This document shows, in pieces, positions 22,894 to 34,513 of a stretch of DNA of 64,000 bases. The notes beneath the pieces are model-generated. The model was not told the origin of the DNA and did no database searches. It saw nothing but the letters and a program-made list of their open reading frames with translations. The position numbers and the translations under genes were made by a program. How positions within the stretch are numbered: position 1 is the stretch's first letter; every line of letters starts with the position of its first letter. The DNA comes from Zygnema circumcarinatum SAG 698-1b. Lineage: Eukaryota > Plantae > Zygnematophyceae. The DNA lies in the NCBI GenBank assembly GCA_037447605.1, contig CM074810.1, positions 186,001-250,000 on the forward strand, read 5' to 3'.

Positions 22894-23968
22894 ATGGCCA
22901 TGGGCCCCTCCGAGGCCATGGCCATGGAGCCGTCCATGGCCATGGCCATGTCCATCCACCGCGTGGCCCGCGGCGTGCGGCGGCGCGAGGGCGCGGTGTG
23001 GGGCGCGCTGCGGTCGGTGGCGGCGGACGCGGCCTTCGTGCGCGAGGCGGCCGCGCTCTGGCCCGCGCTCCCGCTCGCCGCCAACCTGCGCTGCGGCCTC
23101 TGGTACTGCGCGCCGCCGCCGCGGCATGATGGCCATGGCCATGACGGGCATGATGGGCATGATGGGCATCGGGATGGGGATGGAGATGGGGGTGGGCATG
23201 GCCATGATGGGAATGGTGCCCATGATGGGCATAGTCTTGATGGGCATCGGGTTGGGGATGGGGATGGGGATGGAGATGAGGATGGGGATGGGGATGGGGA
23301 TGGGGATGCGGATGGGGCTAGGGGTGGGCATGGGCATGATGGGAATGGGCATGGGCATGGGCATGGGCATGGGGATGGGGATGGGGATAGGTATGGGGAT
23401 GGGGATAGGGATAGGTATGGGGATGGGGATGGGGATGAGGATGGGGATGGGGATGGGCACGGGGGGAACGGGGATGGATACAGGGGGCGAGAGCAGGAGG
23501 AGCAGAGGCATGGGCATGGGCTTGGGTATGGGTATGGGGATGGGCATGGGCATGGGGATGGGTATGGGGATGGGAAGTATGAGGGCATGACGTGCTACTT
23601 CAAGTCGACGGACGGGCACGCCGGGAACTGGGGGTTCAGCGCCACGCGGCTCAACATGCACGTGGCGATCGCGGCAGGTGGGCGCAGCAGGGTTTAAGGT
23701 TTTGGGGCTCAGGGGCATGTGGGTTGAAGTCCCAGGGTTTAGGGTTACTTTTAGGTCTTAGGGCAAGTTTATCAGTCCGAATATCAGCATAAAATATTAA
23801 GGTTTAAGGTTTATAATCCTTTGCACAATCCTTTAGATGGTGAGGGTCCTTCGGGGGCTTCTATTTCATCATACCTTCTTTAAAAAAAAGAAAAAAAAAA
23901 GTGTTGTTTTCACTTTGAAAGTATCAAAGTTGACTCGGTGGTGAACTAAACTCCCTCTCTCTCTCCCC

Positions 23969-24041
<73 letters not shown>

Positions 24042-27000
24042 ACACACACACACACACACACACCCACCATTTAGATTCAGATCCTTCATATTATTGTATG
24101 TATATATACATATTATATATATATATATATATATCCAAGAGAAGTGGGCCAAGATTCTTTATAGCTTGGCTTAATGCTTCTCTTATCTTCCTTTCAAACC
24201 CTTCTCATTCGCTGCAGGCGAGCGTGGAGGGTGTCTCATTGTCGACGCGACGCGAAAAGGAAAAAGATTTCCCGACAGCATGTCGAAAACGATCCCCATT
24301 TGGGCATGCGTTTTGAACCGCGCAATTTGGGAAATCCGTAAAACTCGAAAAGTAAAATACGCATCTTGGCAGAAAAAGGACTCAGAAAATGGAAATGAAG
24401 CGTTCCACGAAGCGGAGCTTTCCGAATCCTCGGACCCATCTGAGCCGTCAGATCGAGTGGGAGGATCAGATCGGACGGCGGACGAGATTGAAGACGACTG
24501 GGATTGCTCGTTGCATCTTCCGTTGTGGATCACGGAAACGGAACGGGCCGCCATAGAAAGCCGGATTCCCGGATGGGTGGAGATTCTGAAAAACTCTGGA
24601 GCCGACATAGAAACCGTTGCTAGAACCGTTAAAAAACCGTTACGGCCGTTATGGATATCTCAGCGGACGGTTATTTGGACAAATGAAGTTCCGGAAGTGG
24701 AATCGTTTTCCTTTACTCCGATTTTTTTAATTTCCGCATCGATTCCGTCAGCTGTTCCGTTACGGATGACGGAGGGAGGGGAGGCATGGACATACATTCC
24801 GGGAGCGGGGGATGACGAGGAGAGCTGGGCGAGGGGGCTAACTCCGCAATTATTTTGGAAAAATTATAGAAGAATTTTCGATGCGGGACCGGAAGAATGC
24901 AATAAAATAGTGGCGGAAATAGTAGAGGAGGACAGGGTTTATAGGGGAATGAGGGGGCAGGAATGTATTCAAATTAGGGTTAAGGGCAGGCGAGGAGGGG
25001 GTTCAGAGAAGGAGGATTTGAAGGAAGATGATGAGGGTTTGATGTCTGATGCGGCGACAGGTGGCAGTCAGGTATTGGCTGAATTCGTGCCACGTCGGTT
25101 TGGTTGGAATGAGATTTGGTCAGGGAAACGAGCAGAGGCTGCTGACGTGGCAGGATTTCATTGGATCGGAAACACAGGATTGGCGGTCGGTAATGCGGAA
25201 TGTGGTGGGTTTTTTCTTTTCCTTTTTTTTAAATCTCGCTTTTTCCGCTTTGGAATTTTCCATTTGACGACTTTGTTTCAATTGATAAAAGAAACGTTTT
25301 ACAATTCTGTCTAGGAGAAATCCCTTCAAATTTTAAATCTTTAAATAATAATTTGCATCTATTTGAAATAAAAAAAATGCAGGTCACTCCCCCCGTGTTT
25401 GGGCCCTCGTGGATTCTGTCATAAACTGTGGAACGCAACCGTTTACGGAACTGAAATCGGAGACAGAGAACCTCCTCTATCTGCCAATCAGGGTGAGACA
25501 CGTGTCCTCATGTGCCGTTTTGAAACTGAAAGGAATGGATCCGAATCCTCTATCCAATCGCTTCTTTAGAGTACTTAGGGTTTCTTGGGACTTAAAATTC
25601 CAAAAAAATAGGTTTTTGTGGGTTTAAAATTCCAAAAGTGCAAGTGTTTGGGGGTTTAAAGTTCCAAAATTTTACGTTTTTGCGGGTTTAAAATTCCGAA
25701 AGTCTAGGTTTTTGCGGGTTTTAGGGCTTTTGCAGGGTACTAGGGTTTTGTTTGGCATCGTGGCCCGAGGCCAAGGTGGCTTTGAACGGAGGTTCCATGT
25801 CCTTATTTTGTCGTCACATGCGTGTTCCATGTGTTGAACAGAGCTCCAAATTCGACCGCCACTCCTTGACTCGAAATTTGACCTCCGCAGTCAACTTTTC
25901 AGAAAAGCGGCTTCGGAAAGGAGCAGCCGTACTCATCTGCTGTACGGATGGTGAGTACGGAATTGTACGGGGTGTACATACTGTACGGACGGTACGGGCA
26001 AATTGTAAGGGTTGGCTATTTCGCCAGATTTGCAATTTTTTGCCGTCTGAGCTTTAACCTTGTATGGTGCTCCGAATGATTTGAACAATCGAGATTCGAG
26101 GGCTCGGGTTTAGGGTTCAGGGTTTGAAACTGATTCTGTAAATCTGACATTAGGGTTTATGGGTTTATGGATGCATGTGCAGGTGTGGACATTAGCGTGT
26201 GTGTGGCACTCGCCGTTTTGCTCTCTTGCTTTGACGATAAGGGTGAGGCCCCTGCCCCCCCAAAGACATATAAAAAAGACTGGAAAAAATCAGTTTTCAT
26301 GCACGTTTTAAAATGAAAAATCCGCAATGAAACATTAACTTGCTTTACGCCTTCATTTGTCTACTTTTGAAGGAGGCATTAAAGAGAAAGGACATCGGCC
26401 TGCTTAAAAATTTTCCCAAATATCATTCTGGATCGAATTTTCATCCTTACAGCACATTTCCAAGCTTCCTCCCTCCCTCCCTCCCTCCCTCCNNNNNNNN
26501 NNGTTTTTTCTTTTCCTTTTTTTTAAATCTCGCTTTTTCCGCTTTGGAATTTTCCATTTGACGACTTTGTTTCAATTGATAAAAGAAACGTTTTACAATT
26601 CTGTCTAGGAGAAATCCCTTCAAATTTTAAATCTTTAAATAATAATTTGCATCTATTTGAAATAAAAAAAATGCAGGTCACTCCCCCCGTGTTTGGGCCC
26701 TCGTGGATTCTGTCATAAACTGTGGAACGCAACCGTTTACGGAACTGAAATCGGAGACAGAGAACCTCCTCTATCTGCCAATCAGGGTGAGACACGTGTC
26801 CTCATGTGCCGTTTTGAAACTGAAAGGAATGGATCCGAATCCTCTATCCAATCGCTTCTTTAGAGTACTTAGGGTTTCTTGGGACTTAAAATTCCAAAAA
26901 AATAGGTTTTTGTGGGTTTAAAATTCCAAAAGTGCAAGTGTTTGGGGGTTTAAAGTTCCAAAATTTTACGTTTTTGCGGGTTTAAAATTCCGAAAGTCTA

Positions 27001-27998
27001 GGTTTTTGCGGGTTTTAGGGCTTTTGCAGGGTACTAGGGTTTTGTTTGGCATCGTGGCCCGAGGCCAAGGTGGCTTTGAACGGAGGTTCCATGTCCTTAT
27101 TTTGTCGTCACATGCGTGTTCCATGTGTTGAACAGAGCTCCAAATTCGACCGCCACTCCTTGACTCGAAATTTGACCTCCGCAGTCAACTTTTCAGAAAA
27201 GCGGCTTCGGAAAGGAGCAGCCGTACTCATCTGCTGTACGGATGGTGAGTACGGAATTGTACGGGGTGTACATACTGTACGGACGGTACGGGCAAATTGT
27301 AAGGGTTGGCTATTTCGCCAGATTTGCAATTTTTTGCCGTCTGAGCTTTAACCTTGTATGGTGCTCCGAATGATTTGAACAATCGAGATTCGAGGGCTCG
27401 GGTTTAGGGTTCAGGGTTTGAAACTGATTCTGTAAATCTGACATTAGGGTTTATGGGTTTATGGATGCATGTGCAGGTGGACATTAGCGTGTGTGTGGCA
27501 CTCGCCGTTTTGCTCTCTTGCTTTGACGATAAGGGTGAGGCCCCTGCCCCCCCAAAGACATATAAAAAAGACTGGAAAAAATCAGTTTTCATGCACGTTT
27601 TAAAATGAAAAATCCGCAATGAAACATTAACTTGCTTTACGCCTTCATTTGTCTACTTTTGAAGGAGGCATTAAAGAGAAAGGACATCGGCCTGCTTAAA
27701 AATTTTCCCAAATATCATTCTGGATCGAATTTTCATCCTTACAGCACATTTCCAAGCTTCCTCCTNNNNNNNNNNCTCCCGTTCTATGTGCCTCCCTCTC
27801 TTCACAGGTTGTCTCACCGGTCCAGTTTCTACTCAAGAGATATCGAAGACTTTGGTTCGGCAGTGTCTCGCTTTTGTCTCATCCTGCAACTCCGCCGCGC
27901 GGCCCTCGCGAGGGAACTTGAAGCAAGTCTACAACTTCCTCGCGAGTCAAACTAAGTTGACTCACGGCGAGGCGGAGCGGGAGGACGAGCGGCTCTAA
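22894..27998 (+). CDS. RIT1: tRNA A64-2'-O-ribosylphosphate transferase, exons 22894-23677, 24218-25204, 25383-25492, 25842-25950, 26183-26242, 27808-27998 (~746 aa including a G/H/D insertion)
   Basis: Motifs ANLRCGLWY, TCYFKSTDGH, GGCLIVDATRKGKRFPDSMSKTIPIWACVLNRAI, PGAGDDEESWARGL, SKFDRHSL and ARPSRGNLKQVYNFL. The model totals 2241 nt and is phase-consistent using the first copy of the duplicated block. Confidence 0.92.
25209..27765 (+). repeat. Near-identical ~1.28-kb duplication (25209-~26490 = 26503-27765) of three RIT1 exons; probably an assembly artefact
   Basis: Offset is 1294 then 1292, and copy 2 is bounded by 10-N gaps on both sides. Copy 2 lacks 2 bp (GT) at the start of the GVDISVC exon, which causes a frameshift. 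Confidence 0.85.
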
Positions 27999-28154
27999 GA
28001 CGACTCGCAAGCTTTCATCGCTCATGGTTTTTCTCGTCCCTTCGGAGGGCGAAATTTCACGTCTCTTGCTTTGGTGAGGATTGGTCTCATTCGTGTGTTC
28101 ACAATGTGGGGGTGCATCTTGGAGCAGGGGTCGGTCTCCGGTCTTTGTCTCTAG

Positions 28155-30100
28155 AAGAGAGAGAGGGAGGAGGGGTAGGAGGAGAGGGGGGGAGGGAGAG
28201 GGCGGTGGATGGTAGGGGAGTGGGTGAGGGAGAGAGAGATAGGGAGAGGGAGAGAGGTGGAGGGGGGGTAGGAGAGGAGGAGGAGGAGGGGAAGTGGATG
28301 GTGGGGAGTGGGAGATGAGAGAAGTGGAGGGGGGTGAGGAGGGGAGAGGAGAGGGAGGTGGATGGTAGGGGAGTGGGAGAGGGAGAGAGATGTGGAGGGG
28401 GGTAGGAGAGGGGGAGAGGGAGAGGGAGGTGGATGGTAGGGAAGTGGGAGAGGGAGAGAGAGGTGGAGGGGAGTAGGAGAGGGGGAGAGGGAGAGGGAGG
28501 TGGATGGTAGGGGAGTGGGAGAGGGAGAGAGATGTGGAGGGGGGTAGGAGAGGGGGAGAGGGAGAGGGAGGTGGATGGTAGGGAAGTGGGAGAGGGAGAG
28601 AGAGGTGGAGGGGAGTAGGAGAGGGGGAGAGGGAGAGGGAGGTGGATGGTAGGGGAGTGGGAGAGGGAGAGAGATGTGGAGGGGGGTAGGAGAGGGGGAG
28701 TGGGAGAGGGAGGGGGGGGGTAGGGGAGTGGGGGGGGGAGAGAGAGGAGGAGGGGAGGAGGAGAGGGGGAGGGGGAGAGGGAGGTGGGATGGTAGGAAAA
28801 GGAGAGGGAGGCAGGAGATGGAGTGGGGGTAGGAGAGGAGAGAGTGGGAGAGGGAGGTGGGATTTGCAGGGGGAGTGGGAGAGGGAGAGAGATGTGTGGA
28901 GGGGGGGTAGGAGAGGGGAGAGAGGGAGAGGGAGGTGGATGGTAGGAAGGGAGAGGGAGAGAGAGAGGTGAGGGAGCAGGAGAGGGGGGGGAGGGAGAGT
29001 GGAGGTGGATGGTAGGGGAGTGGGTGAGGGAGAGAGAGGTGGTGGGGGGTAGGAGAGGGGGGAGGGAGAGGAAGGTGGATGGTAGGGGAGTGGGAGAGGG
29101 AGAGAGAGGTGGAGGGGAGTAGGAGAGGGGGAGAGGGAGAGGGAGGTGGATGGTAGGGTAGTGGGAGAGGGAGAGATGTGGAGGGGGGTAGGAGAGGGGG
29201 AGAGGGAGAGGGAGGTGGATGGTAGGGAAGTGGGAGAGGGAGAGAGAGGTGGAGGGGAGTAGGAGAGGGGGAGAGGGAGAGGGAGGTGGATGGTAGGGGA
29301 GTGGGAGAGGGAGAGAGATGTGGAGGGGGGTAGGAGAGGGGGAGAGGGAGAGGGAGGTGGATGGTAGGGAAGTGGGAGAGGGAGAGAGAGGTGGAGGGGA
29401 GTAGGAGAGGGGGAGAGGGAGAGGGAGGTGGATGGTAGGGTAGTGGGAGAGGGAGAGAGATGGGGAGGGGGGTAGGAGATGGGGAGAGTGAGAGGGAGGT
29501 GGATGGTAGGGGGAGGGAGAGGGAGAGAGATGGGAGGGGGTGAGGAGAGGGGAGAGGGAGAGGGAGGTGGATGGTAGGGAAGTGGGAGAGGGAGAGAGAG
29601 GTGGAGGGGAGTAGGAGAGGGGGAGAGGGAGAGGGAGGTGGATGGTAGGGGAGTGGGAGAGGGAGAGAGATGTGGAGGGGGGTAGGAGAGGGGGATAGGG
29701 AGAGGGAGGTGGATGGTAGGAAGTGGGAGAGGGAGAGAGGTGGAGGGGAGTAGGAGAGGGGGAGAGGGAGAGGGAGGTGGATGGTAGGGGAGTGGGAGAG
29801 GGAGAGAGATGTGGAGGGGGGTAGGAGAGGGGGAGAGGGAGAGGGAGGTCTGGATGGTAGGGAAGTGGGAGAGGGAGAGAGAGGTGGAGGGGAGTAGGAG
29901 AGGGGGAGAGGGAGAGGGAGGTGGATGGTAGGGGAGTGGGAGAGGGAGAGAGATGTGGAGGGGGGTAGGAGAGGGGGAGAGGGAGAGGGAGGTGGATGGT
30001 AGGGGAGTGGGAGTGGGAGAGGGAGAGGGATGTAGGAGGGGGGTAGGAGAGGGGGAGAGGGAGAGGGAGGTGGATGGTAGGGGAGTGGGAGAGGGGGAGG
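28155..30100 (+). repeat. ~71-bp G-rich/polypurine satellite with alternating A/B variants (~142-bp dimer), ~25 units
   Basis: The marker TGGATGGTAG recurs at 28430, 28501, 28572, 28643 and at 29216, 29287, 29358, 29429. Units alternate between GGGAAGT..GAGGTGGAGGGGAGT and GGGGAGT..GATGTGGAGGGGGGT. Confidence 0.9.
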
Positions 30101-31621
30101 GAAAAATCTTACCACTCACCTGAAGCGCCCCCCCTTGCTTTTTTTTTTTTTTTCCTTTTCAGGAGATTGAAATAACACACCATTGTGCCGGGTGTAACCT
30201 GTGAGGTACCTTTACCGTTGTGGCCATATCGACCCTTTTTTGATAGAGGCGCTCCCATGTGCCCCCATGCATCACATGCGGCCCGGACTGCATGCATGGC
30301 AGCACATCGCATTTTTTTCTTTAATTGTGAATTCATACCAAAATGTATAAATGTACGCACGGAAAGCAGGTTTACGATTCTCAGAATATAAGGGGTGGAA
30401 AGGATGCTTCCGGCTCTCCACATATCCCGGGTTAGGGTTCAGGAGGGTTCAGGATTCAGATTTTAGGGTAAGTGGGTAGTCTCTCTGAACGCATTGCCCT
30501 TGCCATAAGCCAATTGGCCATTTTTTTTTATAAATATGGTACTCGTGTGGAATGACAATTTCAGTATGAATCTGATAATTTACTTTTTGAAGCACAAGTC
30601 CGGATTGATTTGCAGGTGTGAATCGTTGGGGTGCCATCAAATGGACGCGAACAAAAACGAATATGAAGAGCAGATGTGAACAGGTCGCGAATGGCTCATG
30701 AATGAAAGGAAAAAAAAAATTCAAAAGAATTTTTTTTGTGGCCTCACGACAAGGAATGGATATTAGAACGCACTGTCGTGTGTTAAAATTCCAAATCGAA
30801 AAGTTTAGAAGTCAGGCCGTCTTATAAAACCCTTTTAGACATTTTCGCACGTGTGAAACATCGAAAGGCTCAAATTCATTCACGGGATGTAAAGTGAAAC
30901 GTTTTGGAGAAAAAACATTTTTTTTTTCATACTTTTCCCTTACAACACATGCCTTGGCGGCATCCTATTGGCTGGCCGTTCATTTTTGGAGTGTGGTGAA
31001 GTACGTACGGATCCGATTGAAACTTTTTGAGGACCGTACGGCTTGAAAGTGGCAACTGTTTTGAATATTTCGTACAAACTTTATGACAGTGATGACGTCA
31101 TGATTTTTCCGCCCCAACGGTCACCTCAAACGGAAGTTCCGACACTTTGCTACTAACGGTAACGCGCCGTTCAAATTTCAAAATGCGGCGGCGGGAGCGG
31201 GAGGGAGAGGCAGAGAGAGAGGGGGAGAGGCAGAGCGAGAGAGGGAGAGAGGGAGAGTGAGTACTGAAGGGGGCGAGTGAGAGCGGGGAGCGACTTAATA
31301 GGGACTAGAAGAGCAGAAGAGTGCTGCCAATTTGGAAACGAGGGAGGTTGGAAGTGGAGGGCAGGAGGAAGGCGTGAGAGGCGAGAGGAGGGCGAGAGGG
31401 AGAGAAGGAGAACTGGGAGGGAGGGAGAGAGGAAGAGGAGGGAGTAGAGGAAGAGGAGGGAGAGAGGGAGAGGAGGGAGAGGAGGAAGAGGAGGGAGAAG
31501 AGGGAGAAGAGGGAGAAGAGGAAGAGGAGGGAGAGAGGAAGAGGAGGGAGAAGAGGGAGAAGAGGGAGAGGAGGGAGAAGAGGGAGAGGAGGGAGAGAAG
31601 GAGTAGTGGGAGTGAGCAGCC

Positions 31622-34107
31622 ATGAGGCGCTCCTCCGTTCCCCCTCTGCTGAACAGCGTGTATGCCTACGAAGTGCCGCATGCCTCCGCCGTCGTAAAGT
31701 TAATAGTGACCTTCGCTGCAGCGGTCGTCTTGGTGCGCTTCATGGCTAACCCCACAATGCAGAGAGAGGCGGAGAGCTGTAAGAGCGAGGTCAGCATAGG
31801 GAGCACTCCCACTCTTAGCATCGAAGTAAACCCTCTCGCCGACTCGTGGAAAGTGTACAAGGTCAGCCTCCAATCCTAAATCTAAAACCCTAACGCCTGA
31901 AAGAGATTAATCTTCTGTTCAGCTATCTGCTAATTTCTTACTGCAACTTTTGTAATCAACTTCTGAATGTGTTTTACGTTTTCCTTGTCACTTTTTGTCC
32001 ATCATTGGCTTCTGAACCCTAATTTCTGAGTGCAGGAACAACTTGCCCGGAGGAGGAAGGACTGGCCGGGATGGGAGCCAACCCCAGGGAAGCTCTATGC
32101 TGGGTTTCCAGTAAAGAAAAACTGGAACCCGGTAAAGACGAACACGTGTCAAGCGTCGATTGCTCTCCGTTACTTGTTACCGATCTATCCCTGCCCTCAG
32201 CAGCGGCGAGTTGGGACATGGGCTGACGGAGGCAAGGTAGGGAGCTCTGGGAGAGGGAGAGGGAGAGGGAGAGGGAGAGGGAGAGGGAGAGGGAGAGGGA
32301 GAGGGAGAGGGAGAGGGAGAGGGAGTGGGAGAGGGAGAGGGAGAGGGAGAGGGATCTGGGAAAGAGGAGGGAGGTAGTTGGGGGAGAGTGCGACAGGGTT
32401 CAAGGAGGTGGGAGGGAGAGAGGTAGCTGGGGAAGAGAGGGAGAGGGGTCAAGGAAGAGAGTGAGAGAGAGGTAACAGGGGGAGAAAGGGAGATGGGTGT
32501 GGAGGAGAGGAGAGGGTTAACAGGAGAAGAGAGAAAAAGAGGTCCAGCAAGAGCGAGGGAGAGTGGTTGTGTGAAAGAGGGGATGAAGGGTCGGCGAAGA
32601 GAGAAGTAGAGGGGTCATGGAAAAGAGAGAAAAAGGAGTCATGGAGAGGAAGACCGAGAAAGAGAGAGAGGGAGAGAGCGAGAGAGAGAGAGAGCGAGAG
32701 AGAGAGCGAGAGAGAAAGCGAGTAACGAGTACGGAGCAAGGGTTATGACAGATGCAGGGAGAGGAGGAGGAATAGCATCCCTGTGGAGAGGAAAGAGTGG
32801 GGAGAGGACCATAAACAATCATAAAAAATATATATTTTTAGGGAAGGACAGTGATCAAGGGGTTTTGATTTTTCTTTTGCCTTTCACAAGCTTCCTTCGA
32901 CTGTTTGGTTTTTTTTTTTTTTTTATGAATAGCCGTCTGACAAGGTTTCTGAGTAATAACTTTTGCAGTGGATCTGCGCTGTTGACTCCGCCTTCAAAAA
33001 CAAACCTCCCACCGTGTACAGGTAAGGAAGGCCATACCAGGGTCAGGGTTCAGCTTCAGGGTTTCTGTAAAGTTAAAAGCAGGCAAATCCAAAATTGCCA
33101 TCTTCTTTTAATGTTAAATTACTATTGTGTGTTTAAACTTTCCACTTACGAACTTTCTACCTCCTTTGTTTCTGCAGTGTGGGCTCAAACGGAGACCCCT
33201 CCTTTGAGGACAATGTTTGGACTCGCTTCGGAGCGAAGTCTTACACTTTTGACCCCACTTTGGAGACGAATAAAACTCGGACCGTTCTGGAGAGAAGCTA
33301 CATAGAGCTGCACAACCTTGGACTCTCCGGCGCGGCGAACCTGACTCAGGCGGCGGAGGGCTTCCAGTTCCTCGCGGAGGGGGCGAGGCTGATGTACATC
33401 GAGGATGTGATGGCCATGCTCGGGCATGCCTACGTGGATGTGCTCAAGATCGACTGCGAGACATGCGAGCATGATGTTGTGGCGCGCTTGGAGAGGACCA
33501 CCACTAGGGATCGGCCGCTCTTTGGCCAAGTCCTCATGGAGGTGCACATGTATGTGTTGCGAAGCCATATGTTCTTGTGGGCCATACATGCATGCATGCA
33601 TATGTGTCTGCTTACATGCTTACATGGAAGGGAACTACATGTATATGCATATGGTACATGTGCATCTGTAGGTCCTGCATGTTTCTAGGAGATGAATGTA
33701 CCAATGCATGTGCATGCATGCATGCATGTGTATGTGCATCATGTCCAGGAGATGAATGTACCAATGCATGTGCATGCATGCATGCATGTGTATGTGCATC
33801 ATGTCCAGGAGATGAATGTACCAATGCATGTGGATGCATGCGTGCATGTGTATGTGCATCATGGACACATGTGTCTGCCTAATTGGTTGATTGTGCTTGT
33901 AATTATTCGGAGGACAGGATCGACTACGACAAGAAGGCGGACCTCCTGTTCGGGCGCATGGAGGCCCTCGGGTACCTGGTCTTCGCGACGGAGCTGAACC
34001 ACTACGACCCCTCCTGCGTCGAGGTCGCGTACATCCACGACTCGCTCGTGCGCGCCGACGGGCCCGCCGCGCTCCCGCTCGGGCCGGCGCTGGTCTCCGC
34101 CGCTTGA
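31622..34107 (+). CDS. METTL24/Methyltransf_22-like type II membrane methyltransferase, exons 31622-31861, 32036-32236, 32969-33021, 33178-33549, 33918-34107 (351 aa)
   Basis: N-terminal hydrophobic anchor (AVVKLIVTFAAAVVLVRFM), then C..RRVG..ADGGKWIC, VYSVGSNGDPSFE, TFDPT, LGH..VDVLKIDCE.CE, QVLMEVH and E.NHY..SCVEVAYI. The model is 1056 nt and phase-consistent. The family assignment is from recalled motifs. Confidence 0.8.
33688..33867 (+). repeat. 60-bp tandem repeat x3, rich in CATGCATG, in methyltransferase intron 4
   Basis: The unit GGAGATGAATGTACCAATGCATGTGCATGCATGCATGCATGTGTATGTGCATCATGTCCA repeats in register. Confidence 0.9.
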
Positions 34108-34403
34108 GGGTTCAGGGTTCAGGGTTCAGGCTCTATGGCCGATTGGTTGATTGATTGGCCCTTGGGACGTAGAACAGGAGAAGTAGGACAGGACGGGACT
34201 GGCACTGTTCACAATGGTGGTGAGCAAATGTAAGTTCTCTGAAAGGATGAAAACGTCGGAGCCCACTCGTGTGGTAATAATAAGCAAACGAGAAAACTGC
34301 GCAAGTCCTCTGTAGGTTAGTGAGACCGTAGTTTAGGAGTGGAGCACTTAGGACTGTACATTGGATGAAACACGCATGATCATGAACATTTCATGAACTG
34401 CCA

Positions 34404-34513
<110 letters not shown>

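Larger units (their letters stand above)
2697..27775. other. Six 10-N scaffold gaps: 2697-2706, 4658-4667, 7150-7159, 7868-7877, 26493-26502, 27766-27775
   Basis: Runs of exactly 10 N, mostly next to low-complexity sequence. Two pairs bracket duplicated blocks. Confidence 0.98.

Noticed and set aside
22773-23718. Alternative-frame Met/Gly, Pro/Ile and Pro/Ser/Cys repeat ORFs over the RIT1 insert
   Set aside because: They are by-products of stop-free hexamer repeats. Only the RIT1 frame has conserved flanking motifs.
25209-27765. Mutually exclusive duplicated exons in RIT1
   Set aside because: Introns are also essentially identical, copy 2 is gap-bounded on both sides and it carries a 2-bp frameshift, so an assembly artefact is the better explanation.
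27879-30119. 746-aa and 654-aa Pro/Leu/Ser extensin-like ORFs
   Set aside because: They are translations of the 71-bp satellite in several frames, with no signal peptide or SPPPP/Tyr pattern.
33577-33997. MHACMH-type Cys/His ORFs resembling metallothioneins
   Set aside because: They are translations of the CATG repeat within a phase-defined intron.
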